Source of the DNA: Candidatus Micrarchaeota archaeon
GTDB lineage: Archaea > B1Sed10-29
Reading direction: 5' to 3'
Assembly (NCBI GenBank): GCA_964579265.1
Contig: CAZOFO010000007.1
Span: 1-22,091 of the forward strand
Length of the DNA: 22,091 nt
Part shown: positions 6,844 through 16,567 of the stretch, piece after piece
Numbering within the stretch: position 1 is the first letter of the stretch
Layout of the letters: each line of letters opens with the position of its first letter
Made by a program: the position numbers and the translations under genes
The notes under the pieces: model-generated
What the model was told of the DNA's origin: nothing
Databases searched by the model: none
The model's input: the letters and a program-made list of their open reading frames with translations, nothing else

Positions 6844-8459
6844 TCGATATCATAATAGCATTAACAATCATATTCGTAGTAGCTTCAATTACTTTATTCC
6901 TATTCAATAGGTTTAAACACCCGACAATACCTGCCTACTTAATTGCAGGGATAATAATCTCTCCTTTAGTAGCTGAAGCTGAAATACTTTCATTGGCAGA
7001 AATAGGAATTGCTTTCCTCGTATTCATATTCGGATCAGGGTTAAGATTGAAAAAAGCTGAAAAGATAATAAAAAGCACAGCAATACTTACAGCAAGCCAA
7101 GTAGTAATAATAGGATCTTTAGTATATCTTTATTCCTACATAATAGGTTTTGGAATTCTCAATTCTCTATATCTAGCAGTAGCAGCTTCTTTAAGTTCTT
7201 CTCTAGTTGGAACAGAATTGATAGGAGGTAAAAGAATAAAATTAGCCTACAAAAGACTCTGCAACTCCATAAACCTAACACAAGACCTAATAGCAATAAT
7301 GATATTCATAATACTAGCTTCCTATCCATTAACAAGACAAGGAATAATATCGAACGTGCAGATAGGAGGACTCATAATACTACTTGGATTCATACTGAGA
7401 AAAGTAGCACCTTACCTCTTGGAAACCATCAGAGGATCCCAAGAAACAGCAATGTTAGTAGCTCTCAGCACCTTACTGATATTCACCTCAGTAGCACAGT
7501 ACTATGGATTATCAATAGTGATAGGAGCATTTGCAGCAGGGATAACACTATCAAAACCACCCTACGACCAAGAGATAATGGAAACATTCGAATCCTTGAA
7601 AGATTTCTTCTCCGCTATATTCTTTGTATCACTGGGAGCACTGGTAATAATACCAACCTTTGGAATAATTATAACATCAATAGCTCTAATATTTGTCATA
7701 GTAATAGTAAAACCATTATTCACGGTTCTAATAATGGAAAGTCAAGGATACAGCAAAGGAACATCACTTATGACAGCTTTAAATCTAGATCAAATGAGCG
7801 AATTCGCATTAATACTCGCAATACACGCCCAAATGGCTGGACAGATAAGACCAACAGTATTCCAATCCATAATACTTGCAGCAGTCGTAAGCATGATAGC
7901 CAGCTCCTACACCAGCCGCCACGTCTGGGACATCTACGACAAAATAAAGGACAGATGGATCATAAATCTACCAGGAACAGAGTTCGTGGAGTCGGAAATA
8001 CCTGAAGATATATCGGATCACTTTATAATAGGAGGATACCACGTACAAGGAAAAAACATAGCCCATTTCTTAGAAGAACAGAATAAAGAAGTTATAATAG
8101 TAGAAAATGACCCTGAGAGAATACTTGAGGCAAAGGAAAACGACATGAGCTACATCCATGGAGACCTGAGAATTCAAGAGACATGGGAAGAAGCCAGATA
8201 CAAAGACGCAGAGATGATAATCTCTACAGCACCAGTAAAAGAAGTCAACGACACCATAGTAGACCTTGAAACCGAAGCATACAAAATAATCAGAACAAAA
8301 TACATAAAAGAAGCAAAAGAATACATAGATGAGACACTATACATAATAGTGCCAAGATACTTATCTACAGAGAGACTCATAGAACACCTCAAAGGATGTC
8401 TTGGAAGCGAAGGATACAGAAAAAGACTTAGAAAGATGAGTAAAGAGGAACTAATGTAA
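6840..8459 (+). CDS. Second Kef-type CPA2 antiporter with RCK domain (start revised from 6807 to 6840)
   Basis: TQD, GAFAAG, FFVSLG, QMSEFA; RCK HFIIGGY..IVENDP..IHGD. SD GAGGTGA (6826-6832) and ATGA overlap support the 6840 start. Confidence 0.9.
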   Translation: MIDIIIALTIIFVVASITLFLFNRFKHPTIPAYLIAGIIISPLVAEAEILSLAEIGIAFLVFIFGSGLRLKKAEKIIKSTAILTASQVVIIGSLVYLYSYIIGFGILNSLYLAVAASLSSSLVGTELIGGKRIKLAYKRLCNSINLTQDLIAIMIFIILASYPLTRQGIISNVQIGGLIILLGFILRKVAPYLLETIRGSQETAMLVALSTLLIFTSVAQYYGLSIVIGAFAAGITLSKPPYDQEIMETFESLKDFFSAIFFVSLGALVIIPTFGIIITSIALIFVIVIVKPLFTVLIMESQGYSKGTSLMTALNLDQMSEFALILAIHAQMAGQIRPTVFQSIILAAVVSMIASSYTSRHVWDIYDKIKDRWIINLPGTEFVESEIPEDISDHFIIGGYHVQGKNIAHFLEEQNKEVIIVENDPERILEAKENDMSYIHGDLRIQETWEEARYKDAEMIISTAPVKEVNDTIVDLETEAYKIIRTKYIKEAKEYIDETLYIIVPRYLSTERLIEHLKGCLGSEGYRKRLRKMSKEELM

Positions 8460-8528
8460 ATGAAAAACTAAAAGTAATACAAAAAAGTAAAAAAGAACTT
8501 TAATCCAGGTTAAAAACAATTAGAAAAA

Positions 8529-8876
8529 CTAACGAGAAATCAAGAAATCCTCTTGATCCCAGAGAGTTATTTCCTGGAAATTAGCAGTAATATTCTTATC
8601 TCCATCCATTACAACCACTAATTCAGGTCTTTTCTCCCAATCAGAAGGAACATCACCTGTCCAATTACTGAAAAACCATCTCTCCTCAGGTACAGCCATA
8701 ATCCTCACCTCTTCACCAGCTTCAAAACTGTAGTTTCCCTCAGGAGGACTAGTATTACCTTCACCCTCAATATCTATCCTCAATTCGTATTCTTCAGGCT
8801 CAAATAGAGGCAAAATAAACACCATGCCAATGAGGAATAACAATGAAAACAGTAAAACAAAGACTTTCTTAAGCAT
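8529..8876 (-). CDS. Small membrane-anchored protein with one InlB B-repeat-like domain
   Basis: N-terminal TM, then GEGNTSPPEGNYSF.AGEEV.I.AVPEE.WFFSNWTGD..VMDGDKNITANF. SD AGGAG upstream. Confidence 0.75.
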   Translation of the reverse strand: MLKKVFVLLFSLLFLIGMVFILPLFEPEEYELRIDIEGEGNTSPPEGNYSFEAGEEVRIMAVPEERWFFSNWTGDVPSDWEKRPELVVVMDGDKNITANFQEITLWDQEDFLISR

Positions 8877-9043
8877 ATTTCATCTCCTTATACAAAAGAG
8901 GAAATCAAACCTCTTATTATTTATCCTTAAAAACAAAAACAAGAATATTAATTACTTAAAACACCAAAAAATACACGGGAACAAACACACAAAAAAACTC
9001 AAAACAATTGAAAAATCAACTTAAAAATAGGAAACACGATAAA

Positions 9044-10243
9044 ATGGATCAAAAAGAAAAAAGAAAACTAGAAAAAAAGATAAAAGAACTAGAACAAATG
9101 AAAGGAAAAGGAACAGAACTAATAAGCCTATACATACCACACGATCAGAACGTAAACGAAGAAGTAACAAGATTAAAAACAGAATACAGCGAAGCAGCAA
9201 ATATAAAGTCAAAATCAACAAGAAAACACGTTCAGTCAGCAATAAAAACAATACTACAGTCACTAAAAGGAGTAAACGAACTTCCAGAAAACGGAGTAGC
9301 AATATTCGCAGGACACGTGGATGGAGATATGAAAAAAGAAATAATAACACCACCAGAACCAGTTCAAGTTAATCTATACAACTGCGACAACACCTTCAAA
9401 CTGGAACCATTGAAAAAACTCGTTGAATCAAAAGAAAAATACGGACTAGTAACAATAGACAGCAAGAACGCAACCATAGCAAAACTGAAAGGAAAGCATC
9501 TGGAAATACTGCAGAGCTTCGGTTCACAAGTACCTTCAAAACACACAAAAGGAGGATGGAGCCAGAAAAGATTCGAAAGAATAATCAACCAGGCAAAACA
9601 CGAACACTACAAAAAAGCAGCAGACATAATAAACAAAGAATTCAAAGACGAAGAGATAAGAGGAGTGATAATAGGAGGACCAGGACAAGCAAAAGACAAA
9701 ATAGACTCAGATCAATACCTAAATAAAAAAATAACGAAAAAAATACTTGGAAAACCAAGCACAGGATACGCGGACGAATCAGGCATAAAAGAACTGATGC
9801 AAAAATCAGAAGAACTCATAAAAGATCTAGAAGTACAGAAAGAAAGAGAAGCAGTAGATAAATTCATGAAAAAAATCACAGGAGACGAACTAGCAACATA
9901 CGGATTAAAACAAGTGGTAAAAGCACTCAAACAAGGAAAAGTAAAAACATTAATGATTTCAGAAGACATCAACTGGAAAAAAACAAAGATAAAATGCCCA
10001 GAATGCGGAGAAGAAGAAGAAAAACTAATAAAAAACATGGAAGAATTCCAAAAACAGGGAAAAATCTGTTCAAAATGCAAAGAAGAAAGAGAAATAAAAG
10101 AAAAAAGAGACGTAACTGAGAAACTTGAACAACTAGCGGAAGAAACCGGTTCAGATATAAAATACATATCAACAGATACAGACAAAGGCAAACAATTCCA
10201 CGATGCCTTCGGAGGAATAGGCGCAATACTCAGATACAAGTAA
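9044..10243 (+). CDS. prf1: Peptide chain release factor aRF1 (eRF1 family) with atypical GGWSQ loop (start revised from TTG 9008 to ATG 9044)
   Basis: GTELISLYI, NIKS, YNCDNTF, IIGGPG, Zn-ribbon CPEC..CSKC, C-terminal FGGIGAILRY. Confidence 0.9.
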   Translation: MDQKEKRKLEKKIKELEQMKGKGTELISLYIPHDQNVNEEVTRLKTEYSEAANIKSKSTRKHVQSAIKTILQSLKGVNELPENGVAIFAGHVDGDMKKEIITPPEPVQVNLYNCDNTFKLEPLKKLVESKEKYGLVTIDSKNATIAKLKGKHLEILQSFGSQVPSKHTKGGWSQKRFERIINQAKHEHYKKAADIINKEFKDEEIRGVIIGGPGQAKDKIDSDQYLNKKITKKILGKPSTGYADESGIKELMQKSEELIKDLEVQKEREAVDKFMKKITGDELATYGLKQVVKALKQGKVKTLMISEDINWKKTKIKCPECGEEEEKLIKNMEEFQKQGKICSKCKEEREIKEKRDVTEKLEQLAEETGSDIKYISTDTDKGKQFHDAFGGIGAILRYK

Positions 10244-10262
10244 AAATACAAAAAAAGATAAA

Positions 10263-11117
10263 ATGACTGAAAAAATCATCTCCAAAACAAAGAAAAGATA
10301 CAAGAACACAAAACAAAAGATCTTAAATAGATACGAAAAAACAGACCTAAAGTACAAAAAAATCATCTACCTAGGTATAGGAGTACTCCTCACATCATAC
10401 ATAGCGATTTTCCTAATCGATCTACTCAATATATTCAATTCAAGACAAATTCTAAACGTATTAGAAGTACCATTGCTCTGGAACTTCTTATTCACAGAAA
10501 ACGGACCAATAGAAATACTTCAATGGATATTCCTAGGAGGATTCACAATAACAAGTTTCTTTCTCGCCAATAAACTGAAAAAAAAGGGAAAAACTAAGGA
10601 AAAAATGTTCTGGTCAATTTTCGCAGTAGCAGGAATCCTAATGCTCATAGAAGATATATTTAGTTTAAGAATCCTCATCTCCGTAGCAATCCTAGAAGCT
10701 GATAAACACGGAGTAAAAATGATACAGATACTTATATATAGTTTAATATCAATACTGCCTTTAATATCACTATTAATATATAGAAAAAAGGTATTCCAAC
10801 ATAGAACAACTAAAATACTACTAATTTCAGGAGTGATAATCTACGGAAGCGCTGCATTCATCTCAGGACCATCAGACCTAATTGGAACAACTGATAGAAT
10901 GGGAAATACCCTTTACGACACCACCACATCAATAGGAGGAGAAGAACTAGTTGAAATATACGACGAAATAGATCGGAGAGTGGAAAAAGGAGAACTAGCA
11001 AGATTAAATGTAAGATATAGACTGGTTGATTACATAGTAGAAGAGAGCTTGGAACTATTAGGAGCAATGTTACTGCTAGCTTCCTCCATATCCTACAAAA
11101 ACCACATCAACCGCTGA
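10263..11117 (+). CDS. Hypothetical multi-pass membrane protein (paralog A)
   Basis: About 6 hydrophobic segments; ENGPIEILQW, LMLIED, EESLELLG; clearly similar to the next gene. Confidence 0.85.
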   Translation: MTEKIISKTKKRYKNTKQKILNRYEKTDLKYKKIIYLGIGVLLTSYIAIFLIDLLNIFNSRQILNVLEVPLLWNFLFTENGPIEILQWIFLGGFTITSFFLANKLKKKGKTKEKMFWSIFAVAGILMLIEDIFSLRILISVAILEADKHGVKMIQILIYSLISILPLISLLIYRKKVFQHRTTKILLISGVIIYGSAAFISGPSDLIGTTDRMGNTLYDTTTSIGGEELVEIYDEIDRRVEKGELARLNVRYRLVDYIVEESLELLGAMLLLASSISYKNHINR

Positions 11118-11275
11118 AAAACCTTATCCCCCGCAAAATCACTTTATTAAAACGCAGTCAACGAAAATCCGCAAACCCAAACATATTAAGAAATCATTAT
11201 ATAATACATAACACCAAAATCAACACAAAGATTATTTTTCCATTTAAAAGAGAAGAGAGAATACAGTGAGATCAA

Positions 11276-12154
11276 ATGACTCGAAAAATCCCGGAAAAAA
11301 TTAGAAAGCTATATGAAAAAACAAGCGAGACAGTAAAAAAGAAGTATAAAGAAACCTCCGTAGACTACAAACACGCCCTTTACATAGGGATTGGAGCACT
11401 TCTAATATCCTATCTAGCAGTTTTCTTAGTAGATATACTGAACGTCTTCGGCGCAAGATCAATAATGGAACACCGAGCCGTTCCACTACTATGGAACTAC
11501 CTCTTTGGAGAAAGAGGACCAATAGAAATGATTCAATGGATCTTATTAGGAGCATTTACACTTACAAGCACCTTATTAACAATAAATCTGAGAAAGAAAG
11601 ATAGAAAAAAAGAAAGCATATTCTGGCTACTTTTCGCCATAACAGGAGTACTAATGATAATCGAAGATATAGGGAACATAAGACATTTCCTATTCAGAGA
11701 ACTTATAAGCGTTCAATGGGAAACAGTAAATATCCTAGAAACAATATACTTCGGCCTAATAGCACTACTACCTATAATAGCAGTAGTAAAATACGGAAAA
11801 CAAGTATTCAACAAGAAAAACACCACAATATTGCTAATCCTTGGATTCATATTTTACGGCTCAGCAGCCGCCCTATCAGGACCATTAGATCTTGCTGAAA
11901 CAAAATACGAAGTAGGTGAATCACTATACGAGATAACAATAGTGATGGGAGGAGAAGAACTAAGAGAAGTATATGAAGAATCTGAAAGACGACTCGAAGA
12001 AAGATCACCAGGAGGAGAATACGTGGGAATTAGATACAGACTACTAGATTTCCTTTTAGAGGAAACCCTTGAACTATTAGGAGTTACAATGCTCCTGGCA
12101 TCAGCCATATCATACAAACAACACTTAAAAAACTCTAAGAAAACAGAAAGATAG
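11276..12154 (+). CDS. Hypothetical multi-pass membrane protein (paralog B)
   Basis: ERGPIEMIQW, LMIIED, EETLELLG; colinear with paralog A. Confidence 0.85.
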   Translation: MTRKIPEKIRKLYEKTSETVKKKYKETSVDYKHALYIGIGALLISYLAVFLVDILNVFGARSIMEHRAVPLLWNYLFGERGPIEMIQWILLGAFTLTSTLLTINLRKKDRKKESIFWLLFAITGVLMIIEDIGNIRHFLFRELISVQWETVNILETIYFGLIALLPIIAVVKYGKQVFNKKNTTILLILGFIFYGSAAALSGPLDLAETKYEVGESLYEITIVMGGEELREVYEESERRLEERSPGGEYVGIRYRLLDFLLEETLELLGVTMLLASAISYKQHLKNSKKTER

Positions 12155-12159
12155 ATAGA

Positions 12160-13242
12160 ATGTACGAGATAAAGAAAAACCCGGAAGACTTCAAAGTAGA
12201 AGAAATAACTCCAGATAAAGAAGTATTAGAAATAGATAAAGAATACAGATTCAAAGAAGAAACAGAAGGGAAACAGCTTATATGCTTACTGATAAAAAAA
12301 GACTGGGAACAGAACAAAGCAATAAAAGAAATAAGCAATAGACTGCACTTCTCTAGAAAAAGAATAGGATACGCAGGAACAAAGGACAAAAGAGCACTGA
12401 CAAGCCAAAGAATATCAATATACGGGACGAATCCGGAGAAAGTAAGAGAACTGAAGATAAAAGACATGGAAATAAAACCACTCAAGTACTCGGAAGAAAG
12501 AATAACACTAGGAGACCTATGGGGAAATAATTTCACCATAAAAATAGAAACAGATGAAAAAACAGAGATAAAGCCTAAAGAGAAAATACTTAACTACTTC
12601 GGACACCAAAGATTCGGTAAAGTAAGACCAATAACTCACCTAGTAGGAGAAGCAATCATCAGAGAGAAACCTGAAAAAGCAGTTAAGATATACCTGACAA
12701 AGACATTCGAAGAAGAAAGTGAAGACGCGAAGAAAGCTAGAAGATGGTTAAAAGAAAACTGGGAAGAAAAACCGTTCAAAGAAGCACTTAAAAAATATCC
12801 AGACTACCTAAACTACGAGAGAACACTCCTACACCACCTAACCGAGTACCCTAGAGACTTCATAAACTCACTGCGAAAACTACCGAAGAACCTTCAAATA
12901 ATGTTTCCCCACGCCTATCAAAGCCACCTATTCAACCAGTACCTGGACAAAATCAAGAACAAAGAAATAAAGGAAGAAAAAGGACCTATATACGGATACA
13001 ATACAGAGATAAAAAACAAGTATGAAAAAGAAATCCTGGAAGAGAACAACCTTAACCTACAAGACTTCAAAGTAAACTGCCTGCCAGAAACGAGCGAAGA
13101 AGGAGAAAGAAGAAAAATATACGTAGAAATAAAAGATCTAGAGATAATGGAAAAAAGCGAAAAAAACCATAAAATATCATTCTCACTACCAAAAGGAAGC
13201 TACGCCACCACAGTAATAGATCAATTAATAAAAGAGAAATAA
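12160..13242 (+). CDS. truD: tRNA pseudouridine(13) synthase TruD
   Basis: PEDFKVEE, GYAGTKDKRALTSQ (catalytic Asp), LGDLWGNNF, NYFGHQRFG, HAYQS, FSLPKGSYAT. Confidence 0.95.
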   Translation: MYEIKKNPEDFKVEEITPDKEVLEIDKEYRFKEETEGKQLICLLIKKDWEQNKAIKEISNRLHFSRKRIGYAGTKDKRALTSQRISIYGTNPEKVRELKIKDMEIKPLKYSEERITLGDLWGNNFTIKIETDEKTEIKPKEKILNYFGHQRFGKVRPITHLVGEAIIREKPEKAVKIYLTKTFEEESEDAKKARRWLKENWEEKPFKEALKKYPDYLNYERTLLHHLTEYPRDFINSLRKLPKNLQIMFPHAYQSHLFNQYLDKIKNKEIKEEKGPIYGYNTEIKNKYEKEILEENNLNLQDFKVNCLPETSEEGERRKIYVEIKDLEIMEKSEKNHKISFSLPKGSYATTVIDQLIKEK

Positions 13243-13249
13243 ATAAGAA

Positions 13250-15709
13250 CTAAAAGACTTCATAAATCGCTATAGGAGATCTACGTTTACTACAAAGATG
13301 GCAAAGTGCAGAGTAAACGTAATCACCAGAAGGATGGATCAAAACCTCGATGTTTATAGTATCCTTAATAGATCTAAGCAGTTCAATATTTGAAGGATCG
13401 GAAACATTCCAAACACCAAGACCAACATATGATTTAGAATCAACAGAATAAGCTCTATCACCATCTACCCTTATCCTATATTCACCACGGCTCTTGTTCT
13501 CCCTAGAAGCTCTGCTAGATTCCGAGATATTTTCAGGATCTGTTACATTGACGGAGACCAAGTGACCAGGATAAGACTCATCATGAGAACCAGCACCCAC
13601 TAAGACGTGGCTATCATCAATGATTCTTGCCCCAGCACTGTAATTAGCTCCTTCCAAATCCAAAACATCAATTACCTCCGGATTTTCCTTATCAGAGACA
13701 TCAACGCTGTGAACCCTACCGCTATAATCCGAGACAAAAGCATGATCCTCGTTACTGTCAGTTACTACATCGTGAGGACCTCTACCAGGATCATCTTTAA
13801 ATCCAGAGACATTACCAATTATTTCAGGATCCTCCCTATCAGAAATATCCAATATAGTGAAATGATCTCCTCTATACCCTGTTAGATACAAGTAATTTTC
13901 ACTGGAGCCTAATGAAATTCCATGAGAACCTTTTAACCTCTTATCTTGGATCCTAGATACCTCTACGATATCTCCAGGGTCAGAAACATTAAAGACAAGT
14001 AGATAATCCTGCAGATACTCAAGTTTTAAACCATTGGACTCCGGACCAGGATCAGAACCATCACCCACGTACGCGTATCCGTCATCAGTAACGCTAATAC
14101 CAAGTGCTCCCGGATAAGTAGTATTTATATCAACGCTATCAACCTGACTGGGATATAAAGGATTAGACAGATTCAACGAAAGGAATTTTCCATTATGAAC
14201 CCAGAAAAGATAGTCCTCTCTAGCATCCATATTCCTGTAGAGACCTCTCCTATCAAAATTATAGAAGTAATCGAAAAATTCAATCTCTTTTTCATTTACT
14301 ATCTCTCCCTGGTCATTTAATCCTCTAGGAACCTCATAGATAACAACCTCCTCATTTTCAAAAACATTTATCAAGTATTCATCGTGTTTAGAGGTATCTA
14401 CATCAAGAACCTGGGTTCCCTTTCTAACCAAGACGTAATCAACCTCCTGGACGTATTCCAAGAAGTCATCACACGAGGAAAAAACACATCTAACCTTTCT
14501 ATATCTTCCAGAAGTATTTACTTCACCCTGGAAGAACCCGTCGAGATAAGATTTCCTCCTTGATATACCTGTGACCCAGTGATCGGGACCGCTCATAACA
14601 ACTGAATCTCTAGGAGTATTTTCCCTCATCCAAACAAAAGCCTCTTTCTCCTCAGGAGTCAAGACCAGGTCATCGGAGATCACAGGATAAGAGAAAAGAT
14701 GGAAACCACGGAAAGACACCATCAAGATAACTACACTCCAACAGAGGATTTGACCCATCTTTGAGTAATCAGGCCAACCCCAGTTATTAACTAAAAACGA
14801 AGATCCAAGAACGCTAAAACCTAAAGCAGAAAACAAGAACCCTCTATTAGTTTCTATTAGATTCAAGAAAATAAGCAGTATAGGTAAAAACGCTATTAAT
14901 CCCCAGAAACTATTTCCTCTTTCCTTGTAAAATGCTAGACACCCAAGAAGGATTAGGAAAGGACCTACATTCAGAAAGTTTCCAATGGAAAGAGAAAACA
15001 GATTACTAGCTATAGGTTCAGGTATATTATGAGAAAAGTAAGGATAGGCCATGACCAGAGAAAGACCAACAATCAAGAGACCGAGGTAAGATACCCATCT
15101 CTCCGAATCAAAGAAAAAACCTTTTAGAGCTATTAAACCTCCTATAAGGAAGGAAGAGAGATGTATAAGAGGCATCAATATACCTATAAATAAAGATGGA
15201 TAGAAATCACCTCTCTCAATGAAGTAAAGCATTATCACGAAAAGAGAGATAGCTATAGATGTAGGCTGAGCATTTACATTAGTATGAACAACTACACTAG
15301 TGGAAAAGGAAAACAAGAAAGTTGAAAGAAGAGCAGTCTTCACATTCCATCTCTCTTTCACCATTAAATATAAGAAGATCAAAGAAATTATAAACACCAG
15401 CGGTGAAAGAAAGCTTGCAAAGAGCTCAGGCTCAACACCTGCAAACAACGAAGTGGAGAGTAAAACAGAATATAGAGGAGGATACTCATATCTCCTACCC
15501 TCATAAGAAAGACCATCGTAAACAGGAACTTCACCATCTTCATGGACCATTGAAGATATCCTTCCATGGTAATAAATATCCCAGCCGTTCAAGTTATCAG
15601 GGGAAAACCAAGCAAATCTAACTGCAAACGAAGAAATAAGAATAATCACGAGCAAAAAGGTGTAAAAATTGAAATTCGAAGAACGAAAATTACTTAAATC
15701 AATTCCCAT
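13250..15709 (-). CDS. GT-C (STT3/PMT-like) membrane glycosyltransferase fused to C-terminal LVIVD-like beta-propeller repeats
   Basis: GWDIYYHGRI and YPPLY after TM1, many TMs, extracellular AFVWMRENTPRDSVVMS, repeats LLVFNVSDP, FTILDISDREDP, VHSVDVSDKENP, LGVWNVSDPSN. Start 15709 follows AGGATGA; alternative start 15718. Confidence 0.8.
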   Translation of the reverse strand: MGIDLSNFRSSNFNFYTFLLVIILISSFAVRFAWFSPDNLNGWDIYYHGRISSMVHEDGEVPVYDGLSYEGRRYEYPPLYSVLLSTSLFAGVEPELFASFLSPLVFIISLIFLYLMVKERWNVKTALLSTFLFSFSTSVVVHTNVNAQPTSIAISLFVIMLYFIERGDFYPSLFIGILMPLIHLSSFLIGGLIALKGFFFDSERWVSYLGLLIVGLSLVMAYPYFSHNIPEPIASNLFSLSIGNFLNVGPFLILLGCLAFYKERGNSFWGLIAFLPILLIFLNLIETNRGFLFSALGFSVLGSSFLVNNWGWPDYSKMGQILCWSVVILMVSFRGFHLFSYPVISDDLVLTPEEKEAFVWMRENTPRDSVVMSGPDHWVTGISRRKSYLDGFFQGEVNTSGRYRKVRCVFSSCDDFLEYVQEVDYVLVRKGTQVLDVDTSKHDEYLINVFENEEVVIYEVPRGLNDQGEIVNEKEIEFFDYFYNFDRRGLYRNMDAREDYLFWVHNGKFLSLNLSNPLYPSQVDSVDINTTYPGALGISVTDDGYAYVGDGSDPGPESNGLKLEYLQDYLLVFNVSDPGDIVEVSRIQDKRLKGSHGISLGSSENYLYLTGYRGDHFTILDISDREDPEIIGNVSGFKDDPGRGPHDVVTDSNEDHAFVSDYSGRVHSVDVSDKENPEVIDVLDLEGANYSAGARIIDDSHVLVGAGSHDESYPGHLVSVNVTDPENISESSRASRENKSRGEYRIRVDGDRAYSVDSKSYVGLGVWNVSDPSNIELLRSIKDTINIEVLIHPSGDYVYSALCHLCSKRRSPIAIYEVF

Positions 15710-16562
15710 AGCGATCATCCTTTTAATATTAATAGCGCTTCTCTTTTATAATATAAACAATTTCAACAATATAAGCATAACCCAAGAAGGACCCACAAAC
15801 CTGAGATTAACTGAATTCGATACAAGAACCTATGAAAACCAGGAAACCTGTTTTGCATTTGAAGTAGAAAACCCGGAAAAAACTAATTATACAGTAAAAG
15901 CAAACGGAGAAGAAATAATCAAAGAGGAAGTTCCACCCGTAGAGAACAGAAGGATAAGAGAATGCATAGGACTTGACACAGGGAACCACACCGTGGAGAT
16001 AGAAGGAGGAAACGAATCAAGGTTAAAGTTCCACTCCGAGAAAATAGAGATAAAAAACCATTCAATAACAGGAGAAAAAAAAGAAATAGGACAGGAAATA
16101 GATGTAAAAGAAGAAGAAATCGAGATAGAACTGAAGAATCCTTCCTATAAAGAGAGAGCGGTTCTGATAGATGCAGGAGAATCTTCACAGTACGTTAAAC
16201 TACGGGAAAAATCTGTTAAAAACCTAGTTTTAAATTATCCTAAAGATACTGAAGAAATAAAGATAGCTGGAGAAACCACTGAAATACCTCCTTATCCAAA
16301 AAGAAGAGAAGATAATTTCGGATTAGCTATAGTGAGTATTATACTGTTCTTTTTCCCAGGTCTAGCTCTGTTCTACGATAAAGAAGAACCAGTAGAGTCA
16401 TCTGCAAGATCTGCAGCTTTTTCATTCTTCTCCCTATTATTCATAGGAATGATTTTCAATTTGATAGGTACATTGTCGTATAGATCAATAATAATTTCAT
16501 GGATATTGATATCAGCGGGGTGTCTGTACTGGAGAAAAAGACCACACTGGAAAGAAAAATAG
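15669..16562 (+). CDS. Membrane protein (N-terminal TM, extracellular beta-rich region, three C-terminal TMs); possibly the 5' half of a frameshifted GT-C gene
   Basis: TTG start with SD AGGTG (15658-15662); hydrophobicity pattern; FFFPG-containing TM block at the C-terminus. Confidence 0.75.
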   Translation: MKFEERKLLKSIPIAIILLILIALLFYNINNFNNISITQEGPTNLRLTEFDTRTYENQETCFAFEVENPEKTNYTVKANGEEIIKEEVPPVENRRIRECIGLDTGNHTVEIEGGNESRLKFHSEKIEIKNHSITGEKKEIGQEIDVKEEEIEIELKNPSYKERAVLIDAGESSQYVKLREKSVKNLVLNYPKDTEEIKIAGETTEIPPYPKRREDNFGLAIVSIILFFFPGLALFYDKEEPVESSARSAAFSFFSLLFIGMIFNLIGTLSYRSIIISWILISAGCLYWRKRPHWKEK

Positions 16563-16567
16563 AGAAA

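Noticed and set aside
11118..11275. Short CCGCAAA / AAATCA repeats in the spacer as a CRISPR remnant or operator array
   Set aside because: Too short and irregularly spaced; no cas genes in the window.
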